Below, in pieces: positions 40,656-54,090 of a stretch of DNA of 64,000 nucleotides. Positions within the stretch are counted from its first letter, which is position 1; the number at the start of each line of letters is the position of its first letter. The position numbers and the translations under genes are program-made. The stretch lies in NCBI RefSeq assembly GCF_009914755.1, contig NC_060934.1; one strand, given 5' to 3'. The DNA is from the human T2T-CHM13v2.0 reference genome, Homo sapiens. The notes under the pieces were generated by a model. That model made no database searches. It worked only from the letters and a program-made list of their open reading frames with translations, and was not told where the DNA came from.

Positions 40656-41896
40656 CAAAAACAAATAGTTGAGGTCAAACCACTCAAAGGTGTAATATCG
40701 ACATTCAAAAAACATGCACAAAAGTCAGGTTGTCTTTGAATACGAGTGGTTTCCCAGGTAACAATTTCTCTATGTAGAACAGTCTAACATTCATATCAAC
40801 CACATTCTATTCTGGATTGGAGAAACAATGATTTTTGTTCAGTAATAAATGCCCCAAATCTTGAATCACAAACCACTAGGTCAGAGTAGAGCTATTTACA
40901 ATCGTGCTATTGGCAAGCCATCCGCTTATTCTAAGGAATCAGCCAAAATCCTTTAGAGCTGTTTTTGAAACTGCTTTTAGGACTTAGTATGTTCTTCTGA
41001 TCCTTTTCAATGCTAGAAAGCCTATGTCTTGGAAACAATTTGGTTTCTGAAAATAATTTTTGATCATTTGATGTTAAGTCTTGAAGTAAGCAGGTAGCCG
41101 GCAATTCTGAAAGGGAGGGACGCATTTGGATTTGATTGTTCATCAACAGCCTCAGGACTTTCTGGTTCTTGCTCATCTCCATGAGCTTCCCTTGGTCAAG
41201 GCATCCTCAGAAGGCATAGGAAGACAAGACTACATGTCTCTTCTGTTCTTGGATCGGTCTTTGCTTCATTCATGGCACACGCATTTCCTGAATGTACAAA
41301 GAAATGCTGGCTTGAACAATGGTAAGGGAGTGGATGTGGAAACAAAAGAAAAAAAACAGTAGTTCAAGGTTGTAAGCCTTTTGAACATGGTGCCACTGAT
41401 AAGCAAGGGGAGTTTTAGGGTGAGACCTGGTTTGGGGAGAATTGTCTTGAGCTTGATTGTAGTCACATTAGGTGTAAGTTGTGATAGAACAGTCAAGAAG
41501 AAAGATGTGATCTGATGTGGATTCAGGTCTGAAATAGAAACCAACCATGGAGGTGGGAGCAGAATGCATAAGAAATGAAAAGATCTCCAAGGGGAAAGCT
41601 GCGTAAGAAAAAGAGGCTCACATCTGATTCCAGGGAGATCCTGCATCGCTCTGTCACCTACTCCATCCTCCAGCCCGACCATGGAAGCTGGAATTTAAAA
41701 TAAAAACACTTTGATTTTATTTGCACTTATTTGTTTAGGCTTAAAAGACTGAAAATGTGTGATATTTATGTATCTACTGCCCCAGTGAAAGTACAATAAG
41801 AAACAGGGTTTATCTTCACAAGGTAAAGACAGCATGCCCAGGCTAGAACAGAGATGGAATCCATTGTGTGTCATGGTTTTTAGAAACTGGAATGCT

Positions 41897-42218
<322 letters not shown>

Positions 42219-42329
42219 GGAACAGGAATGCCTAGCAGAGTAGCAGAGCTCTCCATGGGGAGGAGCCTCTGTATGTGCCTAGATATCAGACTCACACTTC
42301 AACCACGTCATAGACAGGGAGCCACGGGG

Positions 42330-42885
42330 ATACAGCCAAATCCAGAATGTGGGAGATTCCACATGACACATGACTCAGTTTCTTCATTTCTTCCAAAGAC
42401 CCAGCAAACAAACAAAACAAAAAAAAAAGGTGGAGCTAAGGAATGGAAGCTGTTGTAGATGATAGGAAAGGTAAGAAATCAACAAATGCAATGTGGCCCA
42501 CGTTGGGATTTTGATATAAACAAACCAATGGGGAAAAGACATTTATTTTGATACAATCAGTGAAAATTGAACACAGACTGGGCATTTGGTATTATTAAGA
42601 AATTGTTGCCAATTTTCTTGAGAGTGATAATGGCATTGTGGTTAAATATAAAAACATCTTCTGGAATATAATAAAACATTTGTGCAAAAAGTGACACATT
42701 GAGATTTGCTTTAAAGTTTTGAAGCTTAAAAAATGTGGAGGTTGATAGAGATTGATGAAAGAAGAAAGAAAAATATTGGAAATTGGTGAAGATGGGTTAC
42801 GAGTGCATGAAAATTTACTAATTTACTAAATTGTTTTCTCTAATATATGTATGTTTAAAATGTTCTATCATAAAATGTTCTTTAA
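42330..42885 (+). mobile_element. L1ME3/4-like 3' region
   Basis: GCCAAATCCAGAATGTGGGA..CAAATGCAATGTG..GTGATAATGGCATTGTGGTT. Confidence 0.65.
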
Positions 42886-42974
42886 AATAGCAAATAATGT
42901 CTGGTGGGTAATCGTAAGGTACTTATGCTTGCCAGGTTGAGATATTGTGGAAGTCCTTATTCTGGTAGGGATAT

Positions 42975-43180
42975 AGACCTTGGCATCAGAATCACTTGAG
43001 TTCAAGCCCTGACTCCTCCAGGATTGACTATTGGGCATGAGGTGAGTTTCATGACCTCTCTGAACTTCAGTCTTCTCAAATGGTATATGGGGAGTACAAT
43101 TAAGATAGATCCTGTACCTCAAGCGTGTGTTCAGGACACAGAGAACCCTCAGAATTTGTTGAATCAATGCATAAATAAAG
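42975..43180 (+). mobile_element. MIR/L2 relic
   Basis: GAGTTCAAGCCCTGACTC..ACCTCTCTGAACTTCAGTCTTCTC. Confidence 0.55.
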
Positions 43181-43514
43181 GAAGAAATGTGTGAAGGAAT
43201 AGTTGACACAAATCTTTGGATAAATGACAAAGCTTTTAGCCAAAGTATTGACAAGAACTCTTACCTGAAGTATATCAACAACAAGAGGAAGAAGCCAGCC
43301 TCCTGCTTCTGCACGCAGCCCCTGCTGTCATTTGGAAGTGTCTGTGTGGATGCAGAGTCTGGGGTGGGTGGGGGATGAGGGGCATGGTTCAAATCATTCC
43401 TAAGGGGACCTGCAGGTGCCAATGGACATTGAGATAGAGGAATTTTCACTAAATGTACATGAAGTGTATATTTTGAGAGTGGGAAGGCACCTCCTACTCG
43501 GAACTGATAGCAGG

Positions 43515-43871
43515 TATTATCTTAGTCTGCTCAAGCAGCCATAGCAAAATCTCACAGACTGGCGGCTTAAACAGCAGATGCTGATTTCTCACAGTTCTGC
43601 GGGCTGGAAGTCCAAGATTAAGGTGCCAGCTGCAGTTTCGGCATCGGGGAGGACTGGAGTCTTGATTTGCAGACGGTCGTCTTCCTGCTGTGACCTCACA
43701 TGATGTCAGAGAGCACAGAGAGAGAAGGAAAGAACACTCACCCCATTCATAAGAGCTTCACCCTCATAAAAAAATCACCGCCAAAAGACCCCATCTCCAA
43801 ATACCATCGCACTGGAAATGAGGCTTTCAACACAGGCATTTTGAAGGAACATAAACCCTCAGTTCATGGCG
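43515..43871 (-). mobile_element. MLT1A-like MaLR LTR
   Basis: GGCTTAAACAGCAGA..TTTCTCACAGTTCTG..GGCTGGAAGTCCAAGATTAAGGTGCCAGC. Confidence 0.85.
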
Positions 43872-44103
43872 GGTATCCTGTCTTTCTCTACATAAATCTG
43901 CAATATTTAACACAGTGTCTGGGTTTTAGTTACAACAAGATAATCATTTAATGAGCTAAAATTATCTTAGAGAAATTCTAGTCAGCTTTTCATATTGCAA
44001 TTTGCTAGGAAGCCAAGTTTCTCAAGGGGAATAGGAACTGCAAATCACTTGTTTAAAAAAAAATTCTCCTGTGACACACACATCTGTGTACAAACACACA
44101 CAA

Positions 44104-44104
<1 letters not shown>

Positions 44105-44136
<32 letters not shown>
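44105..44136. repeat. (CA)n microsatellite
   Basis: Direct inspection. Confidence 0.95.
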
Positions 44137-44137
<1 letters not shown>

Positions 44138-45913
44138 CTGACCTCTTGAAAGACAGTCACTGATGGGAAACTGTTTTAACCCTCTGGAGTGCTGGTCCCT
44201 GGGAAAGTCTGGCAGTGACAGTTTTGGGAAACTCTTTGGCCGAGAAACCCACACTTTTATATCACAAAACATCGCACTGCTTAATTTTAGCCTTGTGGTA
44301 CAAAGAAAATATCTCTGCAAGATTTTCAGAGACAGGCGGCTTGGTAACCATCTCCACTCCAATAATTAGCAAACACCCTCTGCTACCCTGGAGGTGCAAT
44401 CTAACCAACACCCCAGCACCATGATCACCATCCGGCCAGGGGTCCTGGCAGCCAGTGTGGGGATTTGCAGTACTTACAGAAATGCTATAAAATCTCCAAA
44501 CGTCTTCACTGTTGCCTTTTGCTCTGTAGTGCAACTTTTCTGCATTGTAGTTATTGTATGGCTTTGTATTTCTTGTTTTTTACACTCAGGACTTTAGAGT
44601 TAAGTATTTGTACACCAGGTAGGGCTATCACCTTTATCTCATTGTACATGCAATATTATAACACACAATTTTGGTGCTTTTAACACTATTTCTTTTTTTC
44701 ATTTTTATTAAAGAATGTTTATTTGAATTATATACTTTTAAAAAATGAATAGTATTCACATACAGCATTAGATACACCCAGTGCCCATTTGTAGTTTGTC
44801 CAAGCTCCATCATAATAAACCACCAATGATGAACTCCAGTAGCAATGGGGCAAAAACCCCCTTCCAGGGATGGGCGCTTTACCTGGCTGGGTGCCTGACT
44901 GTAGGCTGGGCCTGCGTGTCTGGGAGTCCCAGGGCGGCTGGGTATTTGAGCAAAGCTCCTGGGGTTTGTCCTTCCCTCTGTACATTTTCTTACCATTGCA
45001 CAAGCAGTGGGCACTGCCCCTCCCTGTCCATTGTCCTCCACATCAGCTCGGACCTCTGGGCTTCCATCTGGTAGACCCCTCGCTTGCTCAGGGCATCCAT
45101 TCAGGGTCCGGTCCCCATTCACCCTTCATACCTCCACTCAGGACATGCACTTTTGTCTTCCTTTCTAGCCCTCAACAATCCAACTTTAATGGCCCATGAG
45201 AACCAGAGCTGACCCCATCAGAAACTTCCCAACAACTCACGCATCAGAAACTTCCCAACAACTCAAAAGGGTTTGTGTTCCCCAGAAGGCAGACAATGCT
45301 CGACCCACCGGCATGCCAGAAATGGAAGGGCAGAGCTGGGAGCCGAGGACGACGGGGATGTGGGGATGGAGGAATGAGGGCAGGGCTTCCTTCTCAGAAT
45401 TGGTTGACCACCCCTGAAGGAATGGGAGAAGGAACAAGCCAGACATTGCTGGTACACTGTCACGTGCATAGCACCTGAAATGAGCTTTCAAAGTCAGACT
45501 TTGCCCTGGTCACTGAGAGCAGCTGCAAGTGTGGGGAGACGCTGACCATAGGCACAGGTGATGGGCGTGACAGGTGATCTATCAAGTAGCCGAAGGGGTA
45601 TCTGGGTGAGAAAGGTGGCTTTCTGAGGACAGGTTCCCTATCTGGTACTACCCAGATATTCTCCAATGAGACTTCTGTGCTCCTCCGAGCAGTGAGACTG
45701 GCACGTGAAGAGATCTCTGAGAGACATGAAGTGAATGAGTGACAGGCTGTATCACAGGGTCAGGTGATCCTGGTTTCAGTACAGCTTTCTTACCTCTCAG
45801 ATGTGTAACATCAGATGAGTTGCCTAACTTCTTAAAACCTCATTTTCCTCATTTTTAAGATGGAATTAACAACAGCGTCCACTGTGTTCATGGTAATGTG
45901 TCCATAAATGTTA

Positions 45914-46112
45914 GAAGGGAGGAAAGGAGGAAGGAAGGAAGGAAGGAAGGAAGGAAGGAAGGAAGGAAGGAAGGAAGGAAGGAAGGAAAGAAAGAAAGAA
46001 AAAAAAAATTTTAAAAAAGGAAAGAAAAGGAAAGAAAAAGGAGAGGGTAGGGGAGGAGGGGAGGGAAGGGAAGGGAAAGGAGAAAGGAAAGGAGAGGATA
46101 AAAGGAAAGAAG
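45914..46112. repeat. Purine tract including (GGAA)15 at 45929-45988
   Basis: Direct count. Confidence 0.95.
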
Positions 46113-47925
46113 AGTAGAGAAGAGGTTCATTTGTGGCCTCCATTTTGGGCCACCCTCAGCTAGCAGTGAGCATCCCTGGGTTAAATGCAATAGGTTAAAG
46201 ACACAGTTCTCTCCAGTCTGTGTCATCAGAAGAATATTTTACAAGCAACCTTGTAAGCATTCAAAGGGAAAGCTGGGCTCAATATTTCCTCCACCTAATG
46301 CAGAAACAATGAAAGCTGATGTTTATAAAGTGGGAAGATCGTAAGCACTAAATATTGCTCATTAGTTTATAGAAATAGTAGCATGGATAATAACAAATGA
46401 TTTAGAAAGGCTGTTCAGTGATTCTTATTTACCCTGCCCAATAATATATGAACAAAAGGTAGGTGATAAAATTAGAAGACATCCCATTTAGAACAGATAA
46501 AAGACAACACTGCCTTGTTTACTCACCATGTAATTATCTTGTAAAAGTCTTCACTACAGGATATTATTGTGACAAATAGTTTCAGCTAAGGATTAGGCAT
46601 TTATAATAAGAGGAGCAACATGTGTAGTTCAAACCCTATCATGCTGTATACCACGGCATGGAAGATGCTAGCTGAAAGTGAGAAGAATAGAGGGAAGGTC
46701 CCAGAAAATTCAAGACTTAAGGTCTGCCAATTTCCCCCAAACATTCTTAGCTTAACTTTCCACGTATAAGAGCACGTGTTTTGCTGTGTGTTTATTTTTT
46801 CTGTTTTAGACTATTTATCTTTTTCATTATGGGGAAACAGAGTATTACATTCAGGCTAAATTGTTTTCCTGAGATTTTTGGCTAAATTAATTAATTTGGA
46901 AAAGAATTGCAAGCAGAGAGTATAGTAGACGTTAAAGATGATCAAACATCGTTGCATTGATCGCAGAAATGATGATTTGATCTCCTAAGGATTCTGGTGG
47001 TAGCAGATGCTCCAAACTGATTGCCTGCGTTGGTAAAATAATTCTGACTATTACTAAATTGCTATTTCTCTTCTTCTAATGTGGATATAGTCTGAATAAA
47101 TGGTATGCTTTTATCTAAAACATCTGGGTCTGATTTCTATTAAGGACATGATGAACCATTAGCCTGTAACAACTAACAGTTAAAATAAACATTTCCCCCC
47201 TATAGTTTGGCTATAACCAAAGCAGTGAGAACTTTTAGTCAAACCAGTTGCCTGGCATTTTTAAAATTACAGCAACAACATAAAAACTCCAAATATTAAT
47301 TTTTACACAATTCTAGTCTATTATACTCAATTAATTTAGTTAAGTCATATGAATATGTAGATATAACTTGACTAGGCCTGATTTTCCTAAACCTTTATAT
47401 AATTAGAACTATGCCTTATATCAGACAGTAAAATACCTTATCTAGAAAGCTTTTGTGTTTCCGAATGGGAAATTAATAGACGCATATAAATATATTTGTT
47501 ATTAAGTGTGAATTTGCATGGTTCCTCTAAATCCAGTTTTAATATGGGCCAAATGAAAATCATATCTTGTTATTAGACTATTTATATTACCTTTGCATTG
47601 CTATTGAATTCGTTATGTTTTTCCCTGTTAAATTGAATATAAACTAAGCCTAAATAGCCATAGAAATAAACATTAAAAAAGTAACACATTTAAAATATGC
47701 TCTATCTCTTTAGAAATAGAATTGACTCTATAAATGAACTGTTAATAATATATGTCTTTTTGCTTTTAAAGATTGCAAAGAAAGAAAGAAAGGGATGAAC
47801 AGGGATTCTAGTTTCATACACTGGTTCAATGAATATTTACTGAGTGGATTTCAAAGCATTGCATTCCACTAGGTTACCAGGTTCTTGGGGAGCCGTTGGG
47901 TAACTTAGAGATTTAGAGGGAAAGT

Positions 47926-47932
<7 letters not shown>

Positions 47933-47969
<37 letters not shown>
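47933..47969. repeat. (AC)n microsatellite
   Basis: Direct inspection. Confidence 0.95.
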
Positions 47970-47972
<3 letters not shown>

Positions 47973-48220
47973 CACAGGTGTCAGCACCACCCCCACCCCA
48001 CCCCCAGCAGTCTATAGCACTCACTCACACTTGCTTCCCTCTCATGGACCCTTCCCAGTGGCTACTCCTTCCTTTCACCCGACTCTCATGCTTACTTTAT
48101 TTGGACAACCAGTGCTGATCCAGTGCCTAACCTCCAATCTTCTCCAGCTTTGCTTCTAAAGAAATGCAAATCCTACTAGTGTTGATGACTTGTCTGTCTG
48201 GTATTCAGTCCCACCTGGAT

Positions 48221-48730
48221 CAATTCATTCCACTTCTTGGTTTATATCTAAAGGCTTTGAAATCAGTATATTAAAAGACATCTCTGCAGTCTCATGTTTA
48301 CTACAGCATTCTCCACAATAGCCAAGATATGGACTCAACCTAAGTGTCCAACAAGGCATCAACAAATAAAGACAATGGGGTACATATGCACAACAGAATA
48401 CTATTCAGCTTTAAAAAAGAGGAAAATCCTGTCGTTTGCAACAACATGGATGAACCTGGAAGACATTATATTAACTGAAATAAGCCAGGCACAGAAAGAC
48501 AAATACCACATGACCTCACTCATCTGTGGAAAATTTTCAAAAGCTGAACTCACTGAAGCAGAGAGAAGAATAGTGGTTACTAAGGGCTGGGCAATGGGGG
48601 AGTTGGAGGTTGGGGAAACGTTGATCAAAGGATACAAAATTTCAGTTGGATAAGAGAAATAAATTCAAGATATTATTTTACAACATGGTGACTTTAGTTG
48701 ATAACATTATTATATTTTCAAAAATGAAAG
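48221..48730 (+). mobile_element. L1MA 3' region (includes ORF2 C-terminal remnant)
   Basis: ORF 48294-48653 MFTTAFSTIAKIWTQPKCP is the L1 ORF2 C-terminus; typical 3' UTR follows. Confidence 0.92.
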
Positions 48731-49076
48731 AAAAAAAGAGTGAAAGGGGATGTAATACAGTCATAAAGAGCACAGAAAAAAAAAAGTAAATCCCATTTGT
48801 ACCTTGTTTTGAGCTGTGCTATTCCAAGGCCGGGGGAATGCTTAAAGAAACCCTGATCTTGGAATGGCACAGCTGAGACAATAAATTCTGTGTCTTGTGG
48901 AAGAGAAAAACCATCATGAGTGGAAAAAATCAGAAGGGCTCAGAGGGAAAGTGGAAACTGACTTGTGGGTGAGGAATTGGACAGACACTGGGTGGCAATC
49001 TTGGAGAGGAAAACAGAATTTAAAAAAAGAATAAATGAGATACGTTCAAAGGCCAAAAAACAGATCATGGTGGTGG

Positions 49077-49360
49077 TGTAGTAGTTATCTCCTGCTGTGT
49101 AACAAGTTGCCCCCAAACTTAGCAGCTTGAATCAATGCACATTTATCATCTCACAGTTTTTGTGGGTCAGGAATCTTTGTGTGGCATGGCTGGCTTGGCT
49201 CACTCACAAGTCCACACTCAGGTACTGGCCAGGGATGAGGACTCATCTGAAGGCTCAGGTGGGGAAGGGTCTGCTTCTGAGCACCCCTACAAGCATACCG
49301 GCAGGACTGCATTGCTCCAGGGTTGGGGGATTGAGGTCCTCAGTTTCTTGTAGATTTCAG
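49077..49360 (-). mobile_element. MLT1F/G-like MaLR LTR fragment
   Basis: TGCTGTGTAACAA..CCCAAACTTAGCAGCTT..CTCACAGTTTTTGTGGGTCAGGAATC. Confidence 0.8.
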
Positions 49361-51295
49361 CTGAGAAATGGACTCAGACGTGCCTGTTGCCTGCCCTGCC
49401 TCCCTGAAGTCTTATTCTTTTCTTATTGGACAGGAAATTGACAATCAGTAAATGGTGAGATTGTTATTTTCACCTTCACCTGGACTTTATGGAGATAATC
49501 TCAGTCAATAGAGTTGCTCCACTCAGAGGAGTTCCAGGCACCAGGAAGTCAGTCAGGCGTGGGAGAGTTGCTGTTTCTGAAGGGGATGTGTGGTGGCTTC
49601 TCCCAGCTGGTTTCATTCTACTTGGATGATTGTCCCATGTGCTCATCAGGGGACAAGTCCTGTATGGGAAGGGACAAATGTGACTGTTCTGAGCAATGTC
49701 ACGTCAGATCCCTGCACGCTTAAAATCTGATGAGCTATTATTTTTCATGCTCTCCCTGACCAGAAAAATAATGTAGGGAATGGTTTGTCTGGTCACTGAT
49801 GGAAGCAATGCGCCTCTGAGTGCAATGTCATGCTCGCAGGTGAGCCTTCCTTCCTGCCCACGTCAGAGCACATCTCAGGGGAGATGCCTGGAAAGGTGAT
49901 TATGCACAGTGGATTTCAACCCAGATGGCTGAGCCAGGTGGTGTGAGGAAAACCACTCTCGCAGCGCTGGGGATGTCCCCAATTACAAGGCAGGTCTGCA
50001 GCCTCTGGGCTTCTGCCACTCACCAGGCTTGCTCTGGGAACTGCAGTGCCCCATGTCAGTAAGCTGGCACAGGAGATGGAAGATAAACATAACCATTCTG
50101 TGTGTACTGTGGGTGCCGGATGCCGTCTCCATCACTCATTCATTGTTGTTGCTGCTAATCTGATCCCAGTTCAGGTGAGAGAAGGCCTCACTGACCCTGA
50201 AACAATTAGGATTTCTTTATTTGGAAATTTTCTAAGTGGCCACTGTAATTCATCCCCTCTGCAAGACTCTGACCGTAAAAAAGCTGCCCTGAAATCTTAT
50301 GGACAAAACCTCTGTTTGGGTCTGGCCCGGTTCCCAGATGATTGAGTGCATGTAATCTGGGGGGTTTGCCTTCAGAGAAAATCAGTCATTTGTGGGGAAG
50401 CCCAATATTGTTCTCTTAGCTTGTCAAAAAAAAAAAAAAAAGCCCACAGCCCAGGAATGAAAGAGCTGGCAGGTCTGTGCTTACAGGTCTCTGGGAACCT
50501 GTCGTCTTCTGCTCTTTAGCTGTCAGGGTTGGAAATGCAACTCTCCCCTTCCGTCCTCTGTCTCACTGATGGGGCCCATTCCAGCTGCTGCTGGCTGAAG
50601 ACCCTGTGGGGACAGTCCACCCCGGAGTGCCACTCTGACTGGCTCAGGACGGGAACCTGAGCCTGCTGCAGACAGGTGACCGGAGCGCGCTGGGAGCCAC
50701 ACGGCGGAGCAGCCCCAAAGCCGAGGGCTTGCATGTGCTACTCCAATTAATTCTAAAAGCAACCTCATGGCACTGGCCTTTCTCCCATTCTGTAAATACG
50801 GAGGTAGAGGTTTTCTAGGTTAGGGAAACTTCTCAAAGTCTCAGAGACAGTGAGAGATGGAGTTGGAATCTAATTTAGGGCTGTCTGTTTCAGATCCGAA
50901 TCTGTCACATACACTGATACTGGGCCACTCACCTGTCACTCACAGACACCACAATGACTGTGAAAGGGCAATGCCCTGTTCGTCTCCTCTGCCCATAAGC
51001 TTCAGCCCTACCACCTCCCACACCCCTCTCCTCTACATTCTGCTCGGCTTGGAAACATGGATATATTAAAAGTCTGTATAGATGCCCAGAACCGAGTTAT
51101 TAGATACCAGAGTATGGGGTTTCTAACCTCAGTTGATACTATAGACAGATGGCAAATAAATCACCCAGTTTGCCTAAGTTCTCTTTTTCAGTCACTCATA
51201 TTTTCCTCAAATCATAGTAAAGTTGTTTGAATTACTGAGCCCCTGATAAACTAGACTGGTCCTGACACGGAACAATGAACTTGCCTCACACCACC

Positions 51296-51775
51296 TGTTA
51301 CAGGCTGAATGTATGTGTCCTCCCAAAATTCACATGCTGAAGTGCTAAACCCCAGAGTGGGTGTATGTGGGGTAGGGAGGCAATTAAGGTTATGTTGGGT
51401 CACAAGGGCAGGGCCCTAATCCAATAGGATTAGCTTCCTTAAAAGGAAAGATACCAGAGAGTGTGCTCCGTTTCTTCTCCTCTCCTCTCTCCCTCTCTTT
51501 CTCCCTCCCTCCCTCTCTCTCTCTCTCTCCTTCTCCCTCTCTTTTTCTCTCTCCAACCATCTCTCCCTCCCTCCCCCTTTCTCTCTCTCTCTGCTATGGG
51601 AGGGCATGGTGTGAAAAGGCAGCTATTTGCAACCCAAGAGGAGAGCCGTCTCCAGACACCAACCCTCTGGTCCCTTGATCTTGGACTTCCAGACTCTGAA
51701 ACGATGAAAAACTAAATGTCTGTGATTTAAGCCACCCAGTCTGTGATAGACTGTTATGGCAACCAGAGCAAACCT
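51296..51775 (+). mobile_element. MLT1A-like MaLR LTR with an expanded internal CT tract
   Basis: CTGAATGTATGTGTCCTCCCAAAATTCA..CCTTGATCTTGGACTTCCAG..TTTAAGCCACCCAGTCTGTG. Confidence 0.88.
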
Positions 51776-51819
51776 GTCACAGTTTGTCATCAAATGTTGG
51801 CTTTGTGATTCACTGATGA

Positions 51820-51950
51820 TTGTGTTTCTCCCCTACAAACTGTAAGCCTCACCAAGACTGAGCTCATGTCTTCCTGCTTCAGTGTTAGATCCCTAATTCC
51901 TCGCACAGTGCCGTGCACATAGTAGGTGCTCACTAAGTCTTTGTTGACTG
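51820..51950 (+). mobile_element. L2 3' end
   Basis: GCACAGTGCCGTGCACATAGTAGGTGCTCA..TTTGTTGACTGA. Confidence 0.7.
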
Positions 51951-52341
51951 AGGCCTCAAATCTAAACAGAATGGGAGATGCATAGGCCTCCACCCAGACA
52001 CCCCCAATGCTTCTTTTTTACAGTTAGGGGAAGCCCAGACAGAAAGCTAGTAAATCGTTTACCTGAACTTACTCAGCAGGTGAGGGGCAGGTCAGGTCTG
52101 GACTGAAGGTCCCCTGGGCTCCCCTGAGCAGGGGAGAGAAATGACCTCAGGGTCAGCAGGAGGACTCTGAGGTGTGGAGCCCCCCAACATGCCAGGCACT
52201 GCAGGAATTGCTTCACTTAGCACAGAAACCTGAGGTGCTGCTCATGTTCCCATTTCACAAAATCAGATCTGAGACCAAAAGAAAATCCTACCCGCAGCAG
52301 CGTGTCTGCTGCGCCCCCTCACCCGATTAGCCCGGTGTTTG

Positions 52342-52477
52342 CCCTGCGTGCCCCCCGGCGCCGAGCTCACTCGCCCTCTTCCCTGCGTGCCCCCGCCACC
52401 GGCGCCGAGCTCACTCGCCCTCTTCCCTGCGTGCCCCCGCCACCGGCGCCGAGCTCACTCGCCCTCTTCTCCGCGTG
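52342..52477. repeat. CpG-rich 44-bp tandem repeat, ~3 copies
   Basis: CCCTGCGTGCCCCCGCCACCGGCGCCGAGCTCACTCGCCCTCTT at 52381 and 52425, plus a shorter copy at 52342. Confidence 0.95.
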
Positions 52478-53022
52478 TTTCCATCAGTGCCTGCCTTGGC
52501 TCTGCTTTCTCCAAACCTGTCCCCATCGGTCAGCTGGGGTGGACGAGTGTTTTCCATCTTGCAAAGTCATTGTGTGGGGAAGATGAGATATTCCACGTGA
52601 AGCCCCCAGCACGGCCCCCAGCGCAGCCTCCTTCCAGGAATGTTGGCTCTGAGGTCGTCTTCCGCGTGAGTTTTCATCTGTCACTTGTAACAGGAGTGCT
52701 GGTGGGAACCATGGTGCAGGTGAGCAGGCTGACAGCAGCAGTTCTTGTTGGGGAGACTTTTTTCTCTATTGTTGGGGAGACTTTTTTCTCTACTGTCATA
52801 GCTTGAAATATCTGGGGTCTGCAAGTGAACGGACAGCAGACAGGTGGACAGGAGGGAGAGCAAGGTCCATCGGCTGTGCTCATGCACACACACGTGAGGA
52901 CACAGTAATGAGGAAAGGGTTTATATACCAGCAAACACAATAAAAACAGGGGCTCAGGGCTTCACGGGGAGTGTGGAAGGTCCTTTCGGTCTTGACGCTA
53001 ATGGGCAGCTGATCCGAACTGG

Positions 53023-53324
53023 TTTTGTTTTGTTTTGTTTTATTTTTTTTTTGAGATGGAGTCTCTCTCTGTTGCCCAGGCTGACGGGCAGTGGTGTGAT
53101 CTCGGCTCACTGCAACTTCTGCCTCCCAGGTTCAAGAGATTCTCCTGCCTCAGCCTCCTGAGTAGCTGGGATTACAGGAGTGCGCCACCACACCCGGCTA
53201 ATTTTTGTATTTTTAGTAAAGATGGGGTTTCACCATGTTGGCCAGGCTGGTCTCGAGTAGACCTCAGATGATCGTCAGCCTCCCCAAGCTCTGGGATGAC
53301 AGGCGTGAGCCACCATGCCCGGCC
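53023..53324 (-). mobile_element. Alu (AluS)
   Basis: Full dimer in antisense, T-rich tail. Confidence 0.96.
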
Positions 53325-53845
53325 TGTACTGCACTGCTCGGTGTGGGGGGGTTTAGTCTTCCTCCAAGCAGGAAATGCCCCCAGAGGGGTCAAAGCAGCT
53401 CTGCTTCCTGGGGCAGCTGCTTAAGTGGAGGTAGTTTCTTTCTGCGGCTGCTGACTGTTCAGGAGTTTTCAATTTAAAATAATTTCCATCCCTTCATTCT
53501 CAACTGAAGTGTGGTCCAGCATCACCTGCACGGCTTGGAAGACGGAGATCGCAGAGCCGGGTCCCAGGGTGTCTGATTCAGTGAGTCCAGAGGCGTGCCT
53601 ATGTGTGGACAGACATCGCTGACCGACCATAACCTCACATCTGCCAAACAGACACGGCCTCAGAAATTAACAATGGATGTTTGTCTTCAACGAAGCTTCC
53701 GCCCGACACATCAGATACAGTGCTGTGCTGGGCGGAGCCACAGGAAGCCTGGAGGCCTGGCTGTGGCTGCTGGTTTTGTCTCTGGGTCCCTGGTGCTGAT
53801 GATCACAGGCTTCAGACACCCCTGGAGCTGTGCGAGCCGTCAGTA

Positions 53846-54090
53846 GCGTGTGTGTGTGCGTGCGTGTGTGTCCATGTGCATGTGTGTGCACGTGTGCAAG
53901 TGTGTGCGTGCGTGCGTGTGCGTGTGCGTGCGCGTGTGTGATGCGTGTGCACGCGCGTGTGTGATGCGTGTGCACGTGTCTGTGCGTGTGTGGGTGTGCG
54001 TGTGCATGTGTGCGTGCGTGTGTGTGCGTACGTGTGTGCGTGTGTGTGCGCGCGCGTGTGTGTTCTCGTGTGCACGCGTGTGTGTGTGTG
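53846..54090. repeat. Compound (TG)/(CG)/(CA) alternating purine-pyrimidine tract
   Basis: ~245 bp with few phase breaks. Confidence 0.95.

Noticed and set aside
48294-48653. 119-aa ORF with real protein similarity
   Set aside because: It is the decayed L1 ORF2 C-terminus plus 3' UTR, not a gene
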